From Blastocladiella emersonii ATCC 22665 (taxonomy: Eukaryota > Fungi > Blastocladiomycota): DNA of 64,000 nucleotides. This document shows positions 50,424-62,753 of the stretch, piece by piece; position 1 is the first letter of the stretch; the number at the start of each line of letters is the position of its first letter. The notes below the pieces were generated by a model. That model worked only from the letters and a program-made list of their open reading frames with translations, searched no databases and had not been told where the DNA came from. Location: the NCBI GenBank assembly GCA_025594325.1, contig JANHCV010000005.1, forward strand, positions 2,145,774-2,209,773. Reading direction: 5' to 3'. The translations under genes and the position numbers were made by a program.

Positions 50424-51673
50424 CCGCGCCGCCGCCTCTGTTGCCGCCGCGGCCGCCGCTAAACGACCAATCGAATCTTCTACTACACCACCAACACCAC
50501 CACCACCACCCGCTACGCTTTCTCCTGTCCATGGCGAGGACCTCAGCACTCCCGGCTACGCCATGGTCGGCGAGTCCGTTGCTGGCGCGACGCGGTCCCT
50601 TGCCTCGTTCGGCCGTCGCCTCCTCGCCTCCATCTGGCGCGACCCCGCCGCTCTGTCTCGCCTCGCCGGCTGCGTTGTACGCGCCCGCGACGTCGCCTTC
50701 GCCTCCCGCTCACTCCAACTCGACCGCGACCTCGCTCGACCCGTCCTCGCGGCCATCACGTCCGTCGCCTCCCGATCCCTCTGGCGCGGCGCCTGGCTCT
50801 CTCACTCCGCTGGCTGCGCCGAGGCCGACCCACTCGATTCTTCTGAAGCTCCGCCGCGCGAGCCGCGTGAGCGGGCCCGCCGCCCATTTGGCCAGCCCAT
50901 TGCCACACTCAAGTTCATCAACCGCCACCACTACTGCTCTCGCTGTCTGAGCTCGCTCCATTCCCACGTCCCCAACCCGTCTGGGCGTGAAGAAGACCCG
51001 CCAGTGTGCCCGCCGTCCACCGCGGCCCAAGCGGCTCTTGTTGCAGATCCCTCCGTCCGACTTTGGCTGCTCGGTTCCCCAAGGCACATTCGGTGATGTG
51101 ACTAGACCAAGGATCGGCGCAGTCGACGCAAGTCCAGTAGCACCAGGTGTTTGCGCGCGGTACTGACCCATCCACTTTCTCTCGTTCTGACGACGATGAA
51201 ACGCATGATCCGCCACTGAATGGCGCTGACGCACAAAAGAAAACGAAGGAGAAAAACAAAAAGAAAAGAAACGCAAAAAGAAGAATGTCCGCACAAAAAG
51301 ATGGAAAAACATCTGACGAACCTCACAGGCCATGCCCAAGACCACAGCACTGCCACTGGTCCATTGGCATGTCCTCGCGCTCTAGTTGGTCACGCCAGCT
51401 TGTCTCTCTGCTCGGTCTCTCTTTACTGCGTTTCGTTCGCTCTCTTAGCTCGCTGCTCGAGCTCGCTCTCTCTTCGCCTCGTTCGCCCATCTCTCTCGTA
51501 CTCCCCTCTCCTCCCACAATTCTTCCCCCTATGCTCCTCGACGTGCACGGTCCGGGCTTGTCGTACTGCGGCTTGCCCACAAAAGGGCTGCTGCCCGTTG
51601 CACAGTGGATATTCTGCTTGCAGTTCACAACCGCTGTTAAGGAATAAATGCATTGGTTCCAAAAAAAAAAGAA
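50424..51673 (+). mobile_element. Retro-insertion copy, unit 13
   Basis: Same TSDs and junctions; A10. Confidence 0.8.
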
Positions 51674-54533
51674 ACCCTCCACGAATCACAATATGCACGC
51701 AATGAATTGACCGATGATATGGCCGTACCAAACCAGCCACGTAGACAATTGTCATGGTAGTCGAACAAAACCATATTCAAATCTTGGACTACCCGCTTGT
51801 CCAGCTAGCCAGGGACCCATAAATCACAGTATCGACCCAACTAAATATTTGACAGCAGAAAAATAGTAAACCAACCTCGTACAAAATTGTCATGGTACTC
51901 AAACAAAACCATATTCAAAACCTTGACTTCCCGCATATCCAGCTGGCCAGGGACCCATAAATCACAGTATGGAACCAACAAAGTATCTGACAACAGAAAT
52001 ATGGTAAAACAGCTACGCGGATAATTGTCATGGTACTCAATCAAAACCATACTCAAACCTTTGCTTTCCTGCATGTCCAGCTGGCCACTGACCCATAAAT
52101 CACAGTATCGGACCAAGAAAATATCTGACCATGGAAATATAGTATACCAGCCACCTAGGTAATTGTCATGGCACTCAAACAAAACCATAGTCAAGTCTTT
52201 GACTATCCACATGTCCAGCTGATTGAGGACCCATGAATCGTAACGTCAAAGCAACAATATATCTCACCATGGAAGTATAGTAAACCAGCCACTCTGGCAA
52301 TTGTCATGGTACTCAAACAAAACCATACTCAAATCTATGACTTCCCACATGTCCAGCAGGTTGGACACCCATAAATCACAGTATCAAACCAACAAAATAT
52401 CAGACCACAGGAGTATATAAAAGCGACCACGTAGGTAATTGTCTTGGTACTCAAACAAAACCATATTCAAATCTTTCAATTCCCGCTTGTCCAGCTAGCC
52501 AGGGACCCATAAATCACAGGATCACAGCAACAAAGTATCTGACAACAGAAATATGGTACACCAGCCACGTAGATAATTGTCATGGTACTCAAACAAAACC
52601 ATACTCAAATCTTCGAGTGCCCCATGTCCAGGTGGGCAAGGGCCTATAAATCACAGTATTGAACCAAGAAAATACCTGACGATCGGGATGTATCAAACCC
52701 GCCACGCTGATACTTGTCGTGGTACTCAAACATAACCATACTCAGCCAAATCTTTGAATACCCTCACGTCCAGGTGGGCAAGGAACCAAAGCGCCAGATA
52801 TTCAAATCTACCGCTTTGTGCACACTCCACTAGCCAACTCTTCGATCCACTAATTATGGAGCCCGTCGTCAAAGTACACTGTCCAATCAACTAAGTAAAC
52901 AGCCAACCTGCCAGCCTGCCAGCCTGCCAGCCTGCCAGCCTGCCAACCTGCCAACCTGCCAACCTGCCGCCTTGCCTACCTGCTATCCGAACACCCACAC
53001 CGCCTCGCAAGTCATTGGGGGCCCGCGCTCTCTGGTTGCCGTCCCAGCCAACAAAGGAATGAATGATGAGCCCTGGCAGCCTGGCAGCCTGCCACACTGA
53101 CAGCCTGACTGACAGCGCCCACCCAGTAGATATTATCTATCTCGTAGGTAGTCTGGGAGGACTTCGTTAGTCAATACACGACCAGTCTCCTCCTGGCTGC
53201 CGGCTCTGCTGTCCACTCCAAGTCCTGCATGATGATGGGCCAAGGAGGGTTCCGAGCAGCTCCTCTGTCTACCCGCGTGAAACCACTCACCCGCTGACGG
53301 ATGTATACCACGCACCGTGCAGCGCGCACAGCACACAGCGCCCGACGCACCACGCGGTGCGCACACGGCGCAAACGGCCACCCTGGTGTCACACACACTC
53401 GCATGAACGGCAGGCATGCAAGGCGTCCGTCCTCAACTCAACAATGATTTATCATCCAGGCTTACTACTCGCTCCAACGGGTGCGCCTGCCTGCCCTCCC
53501 AGTGCCGTTGATTGATTGATGGGTGCGCCAGCCCCTGTTGCCAGCCACGTGGCAAGCAACACCTCAGCACCTGCGTCGCCCTGGCCACCGTCCGTACCTT
53601 GCAAACAGCGTAGCAGCCGTACTGCTTCACAGGGCTGCAGAGGGCTGGCTGCGGAGGGCTGAGGCGGCAGGGCTCCTCCTGCAGGAAGGAGACAGTGCTG
53701 GGGCCAAGGAGTGCTAGGGACGACAAACTGAATGGTGAATGACCAGACCAACACACCACATGCTCCTGGCAGGAGTGCGTGTGGGCGTGCGGGCCCGTGT
53801 CCGTGCGTGCCTGTGTCTGTGCGTGCCTGGATTAGACCTCCATCACAAGCGCCAAGTGACCAAGTGACCAAGTGACAAAGTGACCAAGGTGACCAAGGTG
53901 ACCAAGGTGACCAAGGTGACCAGGGTGACCAAGGTGACCAAGTGACACACAAGCACCAAGCTAGGGTGGCCGGGCGGCCATGGACCGTACTGCATGGGTA
54001 CCATTACCGTGGACTGGCCGCGGCCATTTATTGCAGCACAGCCCTGCCTGGCTCAGGACGCGGCGGGCGTGGGAGGCGGGCAGGGTAGATAGGTAGCAGC
54101 AGCAGGACCTGGCTAGCTGGCTGTCAAACAACACGAGTGAAGGGGTGCGTGAGGGAGGGTGTGTTGAACGAATGGATGGGTGGATGCAGGCAGACCTTCA
54201 TACGTGTCGTGCGTGATGAGGATTGGTTGGCCACCATCCACCAACGCCATGGCATGGCTGCGGGTGTCGCTGCGTGCGCCTTGGCGGGTGGTGGTGTTGG
54301 TGGGTGGTGTTGGTGGGTGCTGTGGTGGTAGTGGAGCTAAAGTGGTGTTGTGGGGCTCCTGGGGTCCCCTTCCCTTCCTGTCTGGCCTAGGTGGGTGGGT
54401 GGGCGGACGTAGCGCGCATGCGGGCGGGCAAGGTAGGAACGTTGCTCACGCAATGGATCATGTATTTTATGGAACGTAGTCTGCACAGCAGAGAGGGGGA
54501 TGTCCGGCCCAATCGGACCCTCCACGAATCACA

Positions 54534-55783
54534 CCGCGCCGCCGCCTCTGTTGCCGCCGCGGCCGCCGCTAAACGACCAATCGAATCTTCTACTACACCA
54601 CCAACACCACCACCACCACCCGCTACGCTTTCTCCTGTCCATGGCGAGGACCTCAGCACTCCCGGCTACGCCATGGTCGGCGAGTCCGTTGCTGGCGCGA
54701 CGCGGTCCCTTGCCTCGTTCGGCCGTCGCCTCCTCGCCTCCATCTGGCGCGACCCCGCCGCTCTGTCTCGCCTCGCCGGCTGCGTTGTACGCGCCCGCGA
54801 CGTCGCCTTCGCCTCCCGCTCACTCCAACTCGACCGCGACCTCGCTCGACCCGTCCTCGCGGCCATCACGTCCGTCGCCTCCCGATCCCTCTGGCGCGGC
54901 GCCTGGCTCTCTCACTCCGCTGGCTGCGCCGAGGCCGACCCACTCGATTCTTCTGAAGCTCCGCCGCGCGAGCCGCGTGAGCGGGCCCGCCGCCCATTTG
55001 GCCAGCCCATTGCCACACTCAAGTTCATCAACCGCCACCACTACTGCTCTCGCTGTCTGAGCTCGCTCCATTCCCACGTCCCCAACCCGTCTGGGCGTGA
55101 AGAAGACCCGCCAGTGTGCCCGCCGTCCACCGCGGCCCAAGCGGCTCTTGTTGCAGATCCCTCCGTCCGACTTTGGCTGCTCGGTTCCCCAAGGCACATT
55201 CGGTGATGTGACTAGACCAAGGATCGGCGCAGTCGACGCAAGTCCAGTAGCACCAGGTGTTTGCGCGCGGTACTGACCCATCCACTTTCTCTCGTTCTGA
55301 CGACGATGAAACGCATGATCCGCCACTGAATGGCGCTGACGCACAAAAGAAAACGAAGGAGAAAAACAAAAAGAAAAGAAACGCAAAAAGAAGAATGTCC
55401 GCACAAAAAGATGGAAAAACATCTGACGAACCTCACAGGCCATGCCCAAGACCACAGCACTGCCACTGGTCCATTGGCATGTCCTCGCGCTCTAGTTGGT
55501 CACGCCAGCTTGTCTCTCTGCTCGGTCTCTCTTTACTGCGTTTCGTTCGCTCTCTTAGCTCGCTGCTCGAGCTCGCTCTCTCTTCGCCTCGTTCGCCCAT
55601 CTCTCTCGTACTCCCCTCTCCTCCCACAATTCTTCCCCCTATGCTCCTCGACGTGCACGGTCCGGGCTTGTCGTACTGCGGCTTGCCCACAAAAGGGCTG
55701 CTGCCCGTTGCACAGTGGATATTCTGCTTGCAGTTCACAACCGCTGTTAAGGAATAAATGCATTGGTTCCAAAAAAAAAAGAA
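54534..55783 (+). mobile_element. Retro-insertion copy, unit 14
   Basis: Same TSDs and junctions; A10. Confidence 0.8.
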
Positions 55784-58643
55784 ACCCTCCACGAATCACA
55801 ATATGCACGCAATGAATTGACCGATGATATGGCCGTACCAAACCAGCCACGTAGACAATTGTCATGGTAGTCGAACAAAACCATATTCAAATCTTGGACT
55901 ACCCGCTTGTCCAGCTAGCCAGGGACCCATAAATCACAGTATCGACCCAACTAAATATTTGACAGCAGAAAAATAGTAAACCAACCTCGTACAAAATTGT
56001 CATGGTACTCAAACAAAACCATATTCAAAACCTTGACTTCCCGCATATCCAGCTGGCCAGGGACCCATAAATCACAGTATGGAACCAACAAAGTATCTGA
56101 CAACAGAAATATGGTAAAACAGCTACGCGGATAATTGTCATGGTACTCAATCAAAACCATACTCAAACCTTTGCTTTCCTGCATGTCCAGCTGGCCACTG
56201 ACCCATAAATCACAGTATCGGACCAAGAAAATATCTGACCATGGAAATATAGTATACCAGCCACCTAGGTAATTGTCATGGCACTCAAACAAAACCATAG
56301 TCAAGTCTTTGACTATCCACATGTCCAGCTGATTGAGGACCCATGAATCGTAACGTCAAAGCAACAATATATCTCACCATGGAAGTATAGTAAACCAGCC
56401 ACTCTGGCAATTGTCATGGTACTCAAACAAAACCATACTCAAATCTATGACTTCCCACATGTCCAGCAGGTTGGACACCCATAAATCACAGTATCAAACC
56501 AACAAAATATCAGACCACAGGAGTATATAAAAGCGACCACGTAGGTAATTGTCTTGGTACTCAAACAAAACCATATTCAAATCTTTCAATTCCCGCTTGT
56601 CCAGCTAGCCAGGGACCCATAAATCACAGGATCACAGCAACAAAGTATCTGACAACAGAAATATGGTACACCAGCCACGTAGATAATTGTCATGGTACTC
56701 AAACAAAACCATACTCAAATCTTCGAGTGCCCCATGTCCAGGTGGGCAAGGGCCTATAAATCACAGTATTGAACCAAGAAAATACCTGACGATCGGGATG
56801 TATCAAACCCGCCACGCTGATACTTGTCGTGGTACTCAAACATAACCATACTCAGCCAAATCTTTGAATACCCTCACGTCCAGGTGGGCAAGGAACCAAA
56901 GCGCCAGATATTCAAATCTACCGCTTTGTGCACACTCCACTAGCCAACTCTTCGATCCACTAATTATGGAGCCCGTCGTCAAAGTACACTGTCCAATCAA
57001 CTAAGTAAACAGCCAACCTGCCAGCCTGCCAGCCTGCCAGCCTGCCAGCCTGCCAACCTGCCAACCTGCCAACCTGCCGCCTTGCCTACCTGCTATCCGA
57101 ACACCCACACCGCCTCGCAAGTCATTGGGGGCCCGCGCTCTCTGGTTGCCGTCCCAGCCAACAAAGGAATGAATGATGAGCCCTGGCAGCCTGGCAGCCT
57201 GCCACACTGACAGCCTGACTGACAGCGCCCACCCAGTAGATATTATCTATCTCGTAGGTAGTCTGGGAGGACTTCGTTAGTCAATACACGACCAGTCTCC
57301 TCCTGGCTGCCGGCTCTGCTGTCCACTCCAAGTCCTGCATGATGATGGGCCAAGGAGGGTTCCGAGCAGCTCCTCTGTCTACCCGCGTGAAACCACTCAC
57401 CCGCTGACGGATGTATACCACGCACCGTGCAGCGCGCACAGCACACAGCGCCCGACGCACCACGCGGTGCGCACACGGCGCAAACGGCCACCCTGGTGTC
57501 ACACACACTCGCATGAACGGCAGGCATGCAAGGCGTCCGTCCTCAACTCAACAATGATTTATCATCCAGGCTTACTACTCGCTCCAACGGGTGCGCCTGC
57601 CTGCCCTCCCAGTGCCGTTGATTGATTGATGGGTGCGCCAGCCCCTGTTGCCAGCCACGTGGCAAGCAACACCTCAGCACCTGCGTCGCCCTGGCCACCG
57701 TCCGTACCTTGCAAACAGCGTAGCAGCCGTACTGCTTCACAGGGCTGCAGAGGGCTGGCTGCGGAGGGCTGAGGCGGCAGGGCTCCTCCTGCAGGAAGGA
57801 GACAGTGCTGGGGCCAAGGAGTGCTAGGGACGACAAACTGAATGGTGAATGACCAGACCAACACACCACATGCTCCTGGCAGGAGTGCGTGTGGGCGTGC
57901 GGGCCCGTGTCCGTGCGTGCCTGTGTCTGTGCGTGCCTGGATTAGACCTCCATCACAAGCGCCAAGTGACCAAGTGACCAAGTGACAAAGTGACCAAGGT
58001 GACCAAGGTGACCAAGGTGACCAAGGTGACCAGGGTGACCAAGGTGACCAAGTGACACACAAGCACCAAGCTAGGGTGGCCGGGCGGCCATGGACCGTAC
58101 TGCATGGGTACCATTACCGTGGACTGGCCGCGGCCATTTATTGCAGCACAGCCCTGCCTGGCTCAGGACGCGGCGGGCGTGGGAGGCGGGCAGGGTAGAT
58201 AGGTAGCAGCAGCAGGACCTGGCTAGCTGGCTGTCAAACAACACGAGTGAAGGGGTGCGTGAGGGAGGGTGTGTTGAACGAATGGATGGGTGGATGCAGG
58301 CAGACCTTCATACGTGTCGTGCGTGATGAGGATTGGTTGGCCACCATCCACCAACGCCATGGCATGGCTGCGGGTGTCGCTGCGTGCGCCTTGGCGGGTG
58401 GTGGTGTTGGTGGGTGGTGTTGGTGGGTGCTGTGGTGGTAGTGGAGCTAAAGTGGTGTTGTGGGGCTCCTGGGGTCCCCTTCCCTTCCTGTCTGGCCTAG
58501 GTGGGTGGGTGGGCGGACGTAGCGCGCATGCGGGCGGGCAAGGTAGGAACGTTGCTCACGCAATGGATCATGTATTTTATGGAACGTAGTCTGCACAGCA
58601 GAGAGGGGGATGTCCGGCCCAATCGGACCCTCCACGAATCACA

Positions 58644-59893
58644 CCGCGCCGCCGCCTCTGTTGCCGCCGCGGCCGCCGCTAAACGACCAATCGAATCTTC
58701 TACTACACCACCAACACCACCACCACCACCCGCTACGCTTTCTCCTGTCCATGGCGAGGACCTCAGCACTCCCGGCTACGCCATGGTCGGCGAGTCCGTT
58801 GCTGGCGCGACGCGGTCCCTTGCCTCGTTCGGCCGTCGCCTCCTCGCCTCCATCTGGCGCGACCCCGCCGCTCTGTCTCGCCTCGCCGGCTGCGTTGTAC
58901 GCGCCCGCGACGTCGCCTTCGCCTCCCGCTCACTCCAACTCGACCGCGACCTCGCTCGACCCGTCCTCGCGGCCATCACGTCCGTCGCCTCCCGATCCCT
59001 CTGGCGCGGCGCCTGGCTCTCTCACTCCGCTGGCTGCGCCGAGGCCGACCCACTCGATTCTTCTGAAGCTCCGCCGCGCGAGCCGCGTGAGCGGGCCCGC
59101 CGCCCATTTGGCCAGCCCATTGCCACACTCAAGTTCATCAACCGCCACCACTACTGCTCTCGCTGTCTGAGCTCGCTCCATTCCCACGTCCCCAACCCGT
59201 CTGGGCGTGAAGAAGACCCGCCAGTGTGCCCGCCGTCCACCGCGGCCCAAGCGGCTCTTGTTGCAGATCCCTCCGTCCGACTTTGGCTGCTCGGTTCCCC
59301 AAGGCACATTCGGTGATGTGACTAGACCAAGGATCGGCGCAGTCGACGCAAGTCCAGTAGCACCAGGTGTTTGCGCGCGGTACTGACCCATCCACTTTCT
59401 CTCGTTCTGACGACGATGAAACGCATGATCCGCCACTGAATGGCGCTGACGCACAAAAGAAAACGAAGGAGAAAAACAAAAAGAAAAGAAACGCAAAAAG
59501 AAGAATGTCCGCACAAAAAGATGGAAAAACATCTGACGAACCTCACAGGCCATGCCCAAGACCACAGCACTGCCACTGGTCCATTGGCATGTCCTCGCGC
59601 TCTAGTTGGTCACGCCAGCTTGTCTCTCTGCTCGGTCTCTCTTTACTGCGTTTCGTTCGCTCTCTTAGCTCGCTGCTCGAGCTCGCTCTCTCTTCGCCTC
59701 GTTCGCCCATCTCTCTCGTACTCCCCTCTCCTCCCACAATTCTTCCCCCTATGCTCCTCGACGTGCACGGTCCGGGCTTGTCGTACTGCGGCTTGCCCAC
59801 AAAAGGGCTGCTGCCCGTTGCACAGTGGATATTCTGCTTGCAGTTCACAACCGCTGTTAAGGAATAAATGCATTGGTTCCAAAAAAAAAAGAA
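58644..59893 (+). mobile_element. Retro-insertion copy, unit 15
   Basis: Same TSDs and junctions; A10. Confidence 0.8.
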
Positions 59894-62753
59894 ACCCTCC
59901 ACGAATCACAATATGCACGCAATGAATTGACCGATGATATGGCCGTACCAAACCAGCCACGTAGACAATTGTCATGGTAGTCGAACAAAACCATATTCAA
60001 ATCTTGGACTACCCGCTTGTCCAGCTAGCCAGGGACCCATAAATCACAGTATCGACCCAACTAAATATTTGACAGCAGAAATATAGTAAACCAACCTCGT
60101 ACAAAATTGTCATGGTACTCAAACAAAACCATATTCAAAACCTTGACTTCCCGCATATCCAGCTGGCCAGGGACCCATAAATCACAGTATGGAACCAACA
60201 AAGTATCTGACAACAGAAATATGGTAAAACAGCTACGCGGATAATTGTCATGGTACTCAATCAAAACCATACTCAAACCTTTGCTTTCCTGCATGTCCAG
60301 CTGGCCACTGACCCATAAATCACAGTATCGGACCAAGAAAATATCTGACCATGGAAATATAGTATACCAGCCACCTAGGTAATTGTCATGGCACTCAAAC
60401 AAAACCATAGTCAAGTCTTTGACTATCCACATGTCCAGCTGATTGAGGACCCATGAATCGTAACGTCAAAGCAACAATATATCTCACCATGGAAGTATAG
60501 TAAACCAGCCACTCTGGCAATTGTCATGGTACTCAAACAAAACCATACTCAAATCTATGACTTCCCACATGTCCAGCAGGTTGGACACCCATAAATCACA
60601 GTATCAAACCAACAAAATATCAGACCACAGGAGTATATAAAACCGACCACGTAGGTAATTGTCTTGGTACTCAAACAAAACCATATTCAAATCTTTCAAT
60701 TCCCGCTTGTCCAGCTAGCCAGGGACCCATAAATCACAGGATCACAGCAACAAAGTATCTGACAACAGAAATATGGTACACCAGCCACGTAGATAATTGT
60801 CATGGTACTCAAACAAAACCATACTCAAATCTTCGAGTGCCCCATGTCCAGGTGGGCAAGGGCCTATAAATCACAGTATTGAACCAAGAAAATACCTGAC
60901 GATCGGGATGTATCAAACCCGCCACGCTGATACTTGTCGTGGTACTCAAACATAACCATACTCAGCCAAATCTTTGAATACCCTCACGTCCAGGTGGGCA
61001 AGGAACCAAAGCGCCAGATATTCAAATCTACCGCTTTGTGCACACTCCACTAGCCAACTCTTCGATCCACTAATTATGGAGCCCGTCGTCAAAGTACACT
61101 GTCCAATCAACTAAGTAAACAGCCAACCTGCCAGCCTGCCAGCCTGCCAGCCTGCCAGCCTGCCAACCTGCCAACCTGCCAACCTGCCGCCTTGCCTACC
61201 TGCTATCCGAACACCCACACCGCCTCGCAAGTCATTGGGGGCCCGCGCTCTCTGGTTGCCGTCCCAGCCAACAAAGGAATGAATGATGAGCCCTGGCAGC
61301 CTGGCAGCCTGCCACACTGACAGCCTGACTGACAGCGCCCACCCAGTAGATATTATCTATCTCGTAGGTAGTCTGGGAGGACTTCGTTAGTCAATACACG
61401 ACCAGTCTCCTCCTGGCTGCCGGCTCTGCTGTCCACTCCAAGTCCTGCATGATGATGGGCCAAGGAGGGTTCCGAGCAGCTCCTCTGTCTACCCGCGTGA
61501 AACCACTCACCCGCTGACGGATGTATACCACGCACCGTGCAGCGCGCACAGCACACAGCGCCCGACGCACCACGCGGTGCGCACACGGCGCAAACGGCCA
61601 CCCTGGTGTCACACACACTCGCATGAACGGCAGGCATGCAAGGCGTCCGTCCTCAACTCAACAATGATTTATCATCCAGGCTTACTACTCGCTCCAACGG
61701 GTGCGCCTGCCTGCCCTCCCAGTGCCGTTGATTGATTGATGGGTGCGCCAGCCCCTGTTGCCAGCCACGTGGCAAGCAACACCTCAGCACCTGCGTCGCC
61801 CTGGCCACCGTCCGTACCTTGCAAACAGCGTAGCAGCCGTACTGCTTCACAGGGCTGCAGAGGGCTGGCTGCGGAGGGCTGAGGCGGCAGGGCTCCTCCT
61901 GCAGGAAGGAGACAGTGCTGGGGCCAAGGAGTGCTAGGGACGACAAACTGAATGGTGAATGACCAGACCAACACACCACATGCTCCTGGCAGGAGTGCGT
62001 GTGGGCGTGCGGGCCCGTGTCCGTGCGTGCCTGTGTCTGTGCGTGCCTGGATTAGACCTCCATCACAAGCGCCAAGTGACCAAGTGACCAAGTGACAAAG
62101 TGACCAAGGTGACCAAGGTGACCAAGGTGACCAAGGTGACCAGGGTGACCAAGGTGACCAAGTGACACACAAGCACCAAGCTAGGGTGGCCGGGCGGCCA
62201 TGGACCGTACTGCATGGGTACCATTACCGTGGACTGGCCGCGGCCATTTATTGCAGCACAGCCCTGCCTGGCTCAGGACGCGGCGGGCGTGGGAGGCGGG
62301 CAGGGTAGATAGGTAGCAGCAGCAGGACCTGGCTAGCTGGCTGTCAAACAACACGAGTGAAGGGGTGCGTGAGGGAGGGTGTGTTGAACGAATGGATGGG
62401 TGGATGCAGGCAGACCTTCATACGTGTCGTGCGTGATGAGGATTGGTTGGCCACCATCCACCAACGCCATGGCATGGCTGCGGGTGTCGCTGCGTGCGCC
62501 TTGGCGGGTGGTGGTGTTGGTGGGTGGTGTTGGTGGGTGCTGTGGTGGTAGTGGAGCTAAAGTGGTGTTGTGGGGCTCCTGGGGTCCCCTTCCCTTCCTG
62601 TCTGGCCTAGGTGGGTGGGTGGGCGGACGTAGCGCGCATGCGGGCGGGCAAGGTAGGAACGTTGCTCACGCAATGGATCATGTATTTTATGGAACGTAGT
62701 CTGCACAGCAGAGAGGGGGATGTCCGGCCCAATCGGACCCTCCACGAATCACA

